From sequence record DRR723986_6741: a stretch of DNA of 64,000 bases. One strand, given 5' to 3'. Under the pieces are notes generated by a model, which made no database searches, was not told where the DNA came from, and saw only the letters and a list, made by a program, of their open reading frames with translations. The translations under genes and the position numbers were made by a program. Of the stretch, positions 57,671 to 64,000 are shown piece by piece (position 1 is the stretch's first letter; the number at the start of each line of letters is the position of its first letter).

Positions 57671-58102
57671 ATGACTCAGTTTTTCCAGCACAAACTTCGT
57701 TTACGGTCTTATCCATCAGGTTATCATTTGATCACCGATGAAATCGAAGAGGCGATTCCTGAAATATCACAGATTAGAACGGGATTTTTACAGGTTTTTA
57801 TACAGCATACTTCAGCTGCCCTTACGATCAATGAAAATGCTGATCCTACAGTGAGAAAAGACTTCAAAACATTCGTAAACGAGTTAATTCCAGAATCTTA
57901 TCCACGGTTTATCCACACTTACGAAGGTCCGGATGATATGCCTGCGCACATTAAAGCCAGTTTTTTTGATACCAGCCTACAAATCCCCATTTCCGGTGGA
58001 AAACTCAACATGGGAATTTGGCAGGGAATTTATCTTTGTGAATTTCGGAGGAATGCAGGAAGCAGAAGCCTGATTCTCACGGCTTTTGGGGAGGAAAAAT
58101 GA
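57671..58102 (+). CDS. yjbQ: YjbQ/UPF0047 family protein
   Basis: HTSAALTINENADP, EGPDDMPAHIK, GIWQGIYLCE. Confidence 0.9.
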   Translation: MTQFFQHKLRLRSYPSGYHLITDEIEEAIPEISQIRTGFLQVFIQHTSAALTINENADPTVRKDFKTFVNELIPESYPRFIHTYEGPDDMPAHIKASFFDTSLQIPISGGKLNMGIWQGIYLCEFRRNAGSRSLILTAFGEEK

Positions 58103-58104
58103 GT

Positions 58105-59088
58105 CTAATTTTTTCCAAAGAGTGAATCCATTTCACGCACTATTTTGCCTTTTTTGTACGAGTTCCAGATCTTTTCTATTTCCCCATCAGGATTGACTAA
58201 AATATAGGAAGGAAGGATCTGGATTTGATACAAGCTGGATACAAGCCCCCCGGCATCCCATAAGTCTGTCCAGATGATTTGTTCTTTGTGTTTTTTGGAA
58301 GAATTCATCCAAATGTCTTTGGTTTTGTCATCCCAGATGGAAATAACTTCTATTTCTGAACTGTATTTTTCATAAGCCTCTTTGATATCAGGCAGTGCCA
58401 TGAAACATGGGCCACATCCCGAATTCGAAAAATCCAGCAGTCTATATTTCCCATCGAAATCTGACAGGGAAACCATTCCGCCAGCGCGACTCTCCAGTTC
58501 AAAATCGATGGCTTTCATCCCAACTTTTGGTTTTGGGGCATCCTTCGTGAGTAAATTAGTCTTGGTCTTGGTGTAGTAGTCTGTAGCATGTAAAGACTCT
58601 GGAATCTTAGCTAATAGCTGTTCCAATTCTTCATCTGAATAATAGGACACAGACGAGGCCATGAGCTGCACACCCACAGCTTTGTCTAGGTTTTCAGAAA
58701 TGATTTCCTTTTGTCTTTCTTTGTCTGAGTTATAAAATGCGCTCTCTATTTCATTGTAAGGGTGATTAGGGCTGATTTTTAGGGAGTAAAAGTCTTCTAC
58801 GTCTCCTGTGATTTGATAGGAATCATCATATACCCAGAAAGATTCTCTTTCGGTGATTTTTCCGTTGGATTGGATTTTCATCACCGTCACTTGGGTCGGA
58901 ATTTCAAATGAGCTACTCACCTTAGCGCTCAGGTTTTCATCCAGCTGGTAACTTATAAAATCCATACTGACACGGATCATGTCTTTTTTATTGGGAACCC
59001 CGGAGAGGTTAGCAATTACTATGGTTTCTTGGCCGAAAGTGGTAAATGTGGTAAGAAGAGAAATCGAAAGTATGAAGAGCTTTTTCAT
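58105..59088 (-). CDS. TlpA/redoxin family thioredoxin-fold protein, secreted
   Basis: DFEL, VSLSDF.GK, CGPC, LPSYILVNPDG. Confidence 0.82.
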   Translation of the reverse strand: MKKLFILSISLLTTFTTFGQETIVIANLSGVPNKKDMIRVSMDFISYQLDENLSAKVSSSFEIPTQVTVMKIQSNGKITERESFWVYDDSYQITGDVEDFYSLKISPNHPYNEIESAFYNSDKERQKEIISENLDKAVGVQLMASSVSYYSDEELEQLLAKIPESLHATDYYTKTKTNLLTKDAPKPKVGMKAIDFELESRAGGMVSLSDFDGKYRLLDFSNSGCGPCFMALPDIKEAYEKYSSEIEVISIWDDKTKDIWMNSSKKHKEQIIWTDLWDAGGLVSSLYQIQILPSYILVNPDGEIEKIWNSYKKGKIVREMDSLFGKN

Positions 59089-59140
59089 GGCTAGTAAGAA
59101 TAATACTCATAATATACTTACTAACTAATTACAATTCAAT

Positions 59141-60538
59141 TCATAACATTGCCTCTACCTTCACATGATCTCCCGTCATCAAAATTCTTCGGAATCCATC
59201 TTTGGTGTCGTTACTTACTTCCTTGCCTAGTACTTTTACCTTCGTGTATTTCTCTGGAAGCTCGATGGAAATTCCTGCTTTCTTTTGCGTTTGGGTAACT
59301 TCTATGGTCAGTTGCTTATCCGCAGAATTGATGTAAATGCTCATTTCGTTGTCTTCGATCCATAGATTCTCTAGTGAAGCGCTCTCCCAATCGGCTGGCA
59401 AACTTGGACGGATGTATGTCACTCGGTTTTCAATGTCAGGCAGTATTCCAAAAGGAGAGATTAAAAGTAAAGGCTGAATCATCACATGCCCTGGGGATAA
59501 GTGTCTCGGCCCTTTGGTGGAGAAAATGGCCTGATCTACCTTTTCCACAAAATCCTTACTCAGCAGTTCAATCACTTTATATAACTCCTCATTATCGTCA
59601 TCTCCACTACTATGCCGTTTTAAGCCCTTTTCAAATTCAACTAATCCTGTTTTGTACTTACTCCATTCATATGCTTCTTGAATTTCTGCATCAGGAATGT
59701 TGATTTTGGAAGTGCGTTGAAGAGAATCTATCACAGCAAAACGCTCATCCCAATCGGTTTGTATTTCAGCCCGAAGATCAATTAACGTCTCAATGGCTGT
59801 GAATTCACCTTGGTCAGAACCTGCAATGAAAATAGGAATTACCCGCTCCTCATTTGCTGCCAATTCTATGGAAATTTCTAATCCAGTACTTGCACCGAGC
59901 TCGGATACTTCTAGGGTGCAATTTGAATTGATTGGTTCTATAGTATAATCCTGGGAGCTTCCCCAGACTGCATACCAGTCGTTTGCCCCATCTTTTGCTG
60001 TGAAAATTCCAGTCAATTCATCAAAAATAACCTGATCTGCTGCGTCACGGCCAAACGTGCTGTCTTTCAATACACTAGGCTTAAGGTCGGTATTCACTTG
60101 AAACTGAAACTGAACGTTTTTCGCAGAGTTTTCCACATTCTTTAGGGAGTATAGTAGCGTGACTCCAAGCTTATCATTATTTAAGTATTGGAGCTGATTT
60201 ATTTCCACACCTTGATTTTCAAGTTGGAAAAATTGCTTTGCAGCAAATGGATATTTAGTGAAGGAAGTTGGGTTTTCCAGACAACTCGTCTCTCCCCCGA
60301 TTTTGATTGCTGCGCTAATACCACTCAAAAGCTGAATGCTTTCTAAGGTAATTTCCTGATGAGTTCCACTAATTAGGACATTCTCATTTCCTAAGGAAAA
60401 GGCAGAGACATCTTTCACCGAAACAGATGGTAACTTGTCTAAACTCTCAAAAATTGTGGTTTCCTCAGATTTTGTTCCTTGGCAGGAAAGAGCGACTATA
60501 AGAAGAACTGGAATAGCTAAAAGAGAGATTTTCATCAA
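59141..60538 (-). CDS. Hypothetical lipoprotein resembling an (alpha/alpha)6 glycoside hydrolase scaffold with reduced catalytic domain
   Basis: Lipobox ALSC; beta-rich N region; IPDAEIQEAYEWSK linker helix; FGILPD...IRPSLPADWESASLENL C domain. Confidence 0.55.
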   Translation of the reverse strand: MMKISLLAIPVLLIVALSCQGTKSEETTIFESLDKLPSVSVKDVSAFSLGNENVLISGTHQEITLESIQLLSGISAAIKIGGETSCLENPTSFTKYPFAAKQFFQLENQGVEINQLQYLNNDKLGVTLLYSLKNVENSAKNVQFQFQVNTDLKPSVLKDSTFGRDAADQVIFDELTGIFTAKDGANDWYAVWGSSQDYTIEPINSNCTLEVSELGASTGLEISIELAANEERVIPIFIAGSDQGEFTAIETLIDLRAEIQTDWDERFAVIDSLQRTSKINIPDAEIQEAYEWSKYKTGLVEFEKGLKRHSSGDDDNEELYKVIELLSKDFVEKVDQAIFSTKGPRHLSPGHVMIQPLLLISPFGILPDIENRVTYIRPSLPADWESASLENLWIEDNEMSIYINSADKQLTIEVTQTQKKAGISIELPEKYTKVKVLGKEVSNDTKDGFRRILMTGDHVKVEAML

Positions 60539-60619
60539 GTCTGGATTTGGCTTAAAATTATATTGTTTTGCCTTCTACTCGTAAGTGGGATATTTTTCAT
60601 TGCGTAAATTAACTGCAGT

Positions 60620-60886
60620 CTACTCTTGGTACTTTTTTGCCTTCAATCTATACACCCACAGGTAAGTGAAAAATGTGACAAACACTTGCAGAATGGTAAA
60701 GTAAAACCAGGTGTTAAGTTCTCTTAGAGGATCTAAATTGATCGTATTGTTATAATAGAGCTTAGAAATAATCAGTGCTATGATTGTTGCAGGCAAAACT
60801 ACCGCTAGCCAGAAATTAAAAAAGGAGCGATATAGAAAAGGAATTTTCTGATTACTAGAAGGTTTATTTGTCTTACTGTTTTTCAT
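60620..60886 (-). CDS. Small 2-TM membrane protein (paralog A)
   Basis: PFLYRSFFNFWL shared with its neighbour. Confidence 0.7.
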   Translation of the reverse strand: MKNSKTNKPSSNQKIPFLYRSFFNFWLAVVLPATIIALIISKLYYNNTINLDPLRELNTWFYFTILQVFVTFFTYLWVYRLKAKKYQE

Positions 60887-60907
60887 TTGGCAACATTGAT
60901 TTGCTGA

Positions 60908-61144
60908 TCAGAGCCCATCTTTAAATTGTTGTGATTTTGGCTTAAAGTCTCGAAAATACATCCACACCCCAAAAATCACCTGAAAGATCAGCATTTTGAC
61001 ATAAGTGGATGGAAGCTTAAAGAATTCCCAGCTGATGGAGCCCTTGAAAAGCTGCGTGAGGATAATCGTAAGAATACTGGCAGGAAGTATATAAACTAAC
61101 CAGAAATTGAAAAATGAACGGTATAAGAAAGGTGGTTTTTTCAT
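60908..61144 (-). CDS. Small 2-TM membrane protein (paralog B)
   Basis: PFLYRSFFNFWL...ISWEF. Confidence 0.7.
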   Translation of the reverse strand: MKKPPFLYRSFFNFWLVYILPASILTIILTQLFKGSISWEFFKLPSTYVKMLIFQVIFGVWMYFRDFKPKSQQFKDGL

Positions 61145-61415
61145 TTAACTTGAATTTTTACTTGAACTCTGATGATACTTCAAGTTAGGTCTATAGAAAA
61201 TGTAATAGTTCGAGATACTGGTGAGAATAAGATACCAGATGAATGTAGAATAGAAGTTTCTTTCAACGATAAATTCCCATGAAATAGCTCTATATAATTG
61301 TGAAATGAGTTGCCAAAGCGAAGAGTACAGCACTTGGGAGCGTGAGTTTATACCAATACTTGAAGTAAGGAGTGAAATGCCTTTCGAATCGTTCTTTGCC
61401 CTTTGATACTTCCAT
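61145..61415 (-). pseudogene. Frameshifted third paralog of the small 2-TM proteins
   Basis: The frame from ATG 61415 gives ...YFKYWYKLTLPSAVLFALA and then stops; the shifted frame continues LISQLYRAISWEF...FYRP, colinear with paralog B. Confidence 0.55.
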
Positions 61416-61468
61416 GGTTTTTAAATTTATCTATTTTTCGAAGTGAAGTAAAATGGCTGAAGGCTCAC

Positions 61469-62527
61469 TTACTTGACCAACCCTTGGATGATTTGATTGA
61501 GATACATGATATCACCTAGTTCATGAAAGGCTGAAATCACGATTCTGTTCACAGATGGACTTTCTACTGTAGGGTATGAAAAAGAAGAAGTGATGATGCC
61601 TGCATTTTCAAACTCTTTCACCCAAGAGGGATCTGAATACGCAAATGCCGGAAATGCCCTACTTCCGCTGATTTGCGCAATCTCGGCTGTCTCTTGGGCG
61701 AATATTCCACAGGCATCTTCCAGCCAGCTTTTCGCCTCCAAATAAATATGCTCCATATCCAAAAATGCGCTTAGATGCGCTGGTGACCCTGGGGATGCTC
61801 CTCCAAAAAGCGGAGTTGACTTGATGGTTTCCAAGTGTTTTTCATTACCTAAGATTATCCCAGCGGGCAGGCCTAACCCTTTTCCTAGTGAGCCTGTCAC
61901 CACTAGATTGATGTTAGGATCATCCCAGTTTTCGTACGTGCCGTAGATGCTTTTGCCAATGGTGCCGAAGGCATGACTATCGTCTATCAGCAAAGTAACT
62001 TCGTGTTTTTTAGCGATGGTTTTTACCCAACTATAATCGTGGATCTCACAGAGAAAGGGATCCAATGCATTGCCAATTAGTAAAATTTTGCGTGGTGATA
62101 GCTCATCAGATAGTTCTAAGCAAGATTTTTTCCATTGCACAAAATTTAATTGAGTAGAAGGATATAACTCATCAGGTACAATTGCAGAATGTGCATCAGG
62201 AGCGATCCAAATTACTTCAGCATTTTTATAGCAGGATTTCCATGCAGCGATTCCTGCCAAATAACCTGAACTAAAAACCGCCGCTGCTGGAGCTCCAGCG
62301 GATGCAGCAAAGGCTTCTTCAAACTCATCGAATATAAGGAGGCGAATATTATTAAGTCGACTTTGCCCATGGTTGGAACCAAAATCAAACAATCGATCAG
62401 CCAATATATCCAGAAAGTCATTGTTTTGAACAATTCCCAGATAGGATGTACCACTGAAATAGAGATGCTCTCTGCCCTCTATTTCTATCATCCTTCCTAT
62501 GCCGGTATCTAGGTAGTGATTTTTCAA
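61469..62527 (-). CDS. PLP-dependent class II aminotransferase (BioF/AONS-like fold)
   Basis: FSGTSYLG, FSSGYLAG, IDDSHAFG, GSLGKGLG. Confidence 0.82.
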   Translation of the reverse strand: MKNHYLDTGIGRMIEIEGREHLYFSGTSYLGIVQNNDFLDILADRLFDFGSNHGQSRLNNIRLLIFDEFEEAFAASAGAPAAAVFSSGYLAGIAAWKSCYKNAEVIWIAPDAHSAIVPDELYPSTQLNFVQWKKSCLELSDELSPRKILLIGNALDPFLCEIHDYSWVKTIAKKHEVTLLIDDSHAFGTIGKSIYGTYENWDDPNINLVVTGSLGKGLGLPAGIILGNEKHLETIKSTPLFGGASPGSPAHLSAFLDMEHIYLEAKSWLEDACGIFAQETAEIAQISGSRAFPAFAYSDPSWVKEFENAGIITSSFSYPTVESPSVNRIVISAFHELGDIMYLNQIIQGLVK

Positions 62528-62536
62528 AACGAAGTA

Positions 62537-62959
62537 TTACTTGGCGAAAATCTGAGTTTCATCCTGAAAGGATTTGAATTCCAGTGCGTTTCCACAAGGA
62601 TCCAAAAAGAACATAGTAGCTTGCTCGCCCACTTCTCCTTGAAATCGAATGTATGGTTCTATAACAAACTCGATTCCATGTGCTTTGAGTTTGTCGGCTA
62701 ATTCATGCCACTCTGCCCAGGGTAGTATTGCTCCAAAGTGCCTAACCGGAACATATTTCCCATCCACAGTATTGGTATGCGCCAAGGCTAATTCTTCAGG
62801 TTTGATATGAGCGGATAGCTGGTGACCAAAGAAGTTGAAATCTATCCATTTATCAGTGCTTCTACCGATCTCACATCCAAGTAAATCACCATAAAAGGCG
62901 CGGGTTTCTGCAATATCCCGTATCGGGAAAGCGAGGTGGAAGGGTTTAAATTGGCTCAT
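62537..62959 (-). CDS. VOC/glyoxalase family protein
   Basis: [33 protein letters not shown]. Confidence 0.88.
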   Translation of the reverse strand: MSQFKPFHLAFPIRDIAETRAFYGDLLGCEIGRSTDKWIDFNFFGHQLSAHIKPEELALAHTNTVDGKYVPVRHFGAILPWAEWHELADKLKAHGIEFVIEPYIRFQGEVGEQATMFFLDPCGNALEFKSFQDETQIFAK

Positions 62960-63019
62960 AATGTGTACTTTCGTTGAGGGTTTTTCGGCGCCAATTTAGT
63001 TGTTTATTCCCTAAAAAGT

Positions 63020-63931
63020 ATGGAGAAAAGGAAATCTGTATCATTGGTTTTGAGCAGCGGTGGAGCGCGGGGATTAGCGCATGTAGGTGTCATCGAAGAG
63101 CTTGAAAAACGTGGCTATCACATTGCTGAGATTGCGGGCTGTTCAGCTGGCGCATTAGTTGGTGGAATGTATGCTGCAGGAAAATTGGCCGAATTCAAAG
63201 ATTGGATTTGCCATTTGGATCGGCTGGATGTGTTTTCTTTGATGGATTTTACGTTTTCTTCGAGAGGATTTATCAAAGGAGAAAAGGTTTATAATGCCTT
63301 GAAAAAAGTGGTTCAGGACTGTCAAATCGAGGATTTTGAGATCCCCTTTTATTGCAATGCAGTAGATTATATCAGTGGAAAGGAAGTGGTTTTTCGAGAA
63401 GGAAGCTTGTATACTGCCATTCGTGCATCAGGAAGTATACCTACTGTTTTTCAGCCTGCACGCTTTCATCGTCAAGAGTTAATTGATGGCGGCGTACTAA
63501 ATCCTGTACCCCTTTCACTTTTGCGGCAGTCCGACGAAAATATGATCGTAGTAGTAGGATTAAATGCCGGGGATTCTGAACTGGTTATTCCACCTAAAAA
63601 AGATGCAACTGGTAAAAGCTTTATTTCTATGCCAGCTTGGGTAGCAGATTACCGCACAAAGATGAGACAGTATTTTCCTGAGCAGGTGAAAGAACAAAAG
63701 AAAACCTCGCTCAGCTCCATAAGCCTGATGACACGCTCGTTTGATTTGCTTCAAGATCGGTTCTCTGCTTTGTTGATTGAAAAACATAAAGTTGATATAT
63801 CGATTCAAATAGCAAGAAATCAAGCTGGAACATTGGAATTCCATCGAGCGGAGGAACTGATAGAAATTGGGAGAAAAAAAGCAATTCAAGCCGTAGACAA
63901 CTGGGAAAATGAACATTTCCGAACTCAATAA
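63020..63931 (+). CDS. Patatin-like phospholipase
   Basis: SGGARG, GCSAG, DGG. Confidence 0.92.
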   Translation: MEKRKSVSLVLSSGGARGLAHVGVIEELEKRGYHIAEIAGCSAGALVGGMYAAGKLAEFKDWICHLDRLDVFSLMDFTFSSRGFIKGEKVYNALKKVVQDCQIEDFEIPFYCNAVDYISGKEVVFREGSLYTAIRASGSIPTVFQPARFHRQELIDGGVLNPVPLSLLRQSDENMIVVVGLNAGDSELVIPPKKDATGKSFISMPAWVADYRTKMRQYFPEQVKEQKKTSLSSISLMTRSFDLLQDRFSALLIEKHKVDISIQIARNQAGTLEFHRAEELIEIGRKKAIQAVDNWENEHFRTQ

Positions 63932-63932
63932 A

Positions 63933-64000
63933 TTACTTGGTAATATCGACATCTACCTCTTGGATCAGATTCTGAAGGGAAGATTTTCTACCGATATGAA
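63933..64000 (-). CDS. Possible 3' end of a gene entering from beyond the window
   Basis: One minus frame is open to TAA at 63935-63933 (...HIGRKSSLQNLIQEVDVDITK*), convergent on the patatin stop. Confidence 0.35.
   Translation of the reverse strand, partial: HIGRKSSLQNLIQEVDVDITK

Noticed and set aside
61469-62527. Calling this gene bioF
   Set aside because: The fold and PLP lysine fit, but the sequence is divergent and no other bio genes are nearby; left without a symbol.

Overview
A core-chromosome window from a Bacteroidota genome. The TAnnTTTG promoters, the murF-alr fusion and the gene content suggest Cytophagales/Cyclobacteriaceae (inference). It contains the probable replication origin (dense DnaA-box cluster at 8977-9400) and two parS palindromes between ybeY and mnmG. 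It also has a MarR-headed beta-oxidation operon interrupted by a four-helix-bundle gene flanked by inverted heptamer repeats, housekeeping genes (xth, ybeY, mnmG, dgt, ribD, msrC, dxs, scpA, murF-alr) and a K+/F- transport cluster. Two TPP riboswitches are present. One precedes a TonB-dependent receptor. The other heads a tightly coupled four-gene operon (class I methyltransferase, PurM/ThiL-superfamily enzyme, motif-divergent ThiE-like protein, Trm112-like protein), which is the best candidate for an undescribed thiamine salvage or remodelling system. Other oddities are an ABC-ATPase/MutS-domain fusion downstream of three tandem PLDc_N microproteins, a glycoside-hydrolase-like lipoprotein that seems to lack its catalytic barrel, an unannotated Lys-rich microprotein, and a small-membrane-protein paralog triplet with one frameshifted copy. 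No rRNA, tRNA, CRISPR array, transposase or prophage was seen. All calls come from reading motifs by eye; no searches were run.
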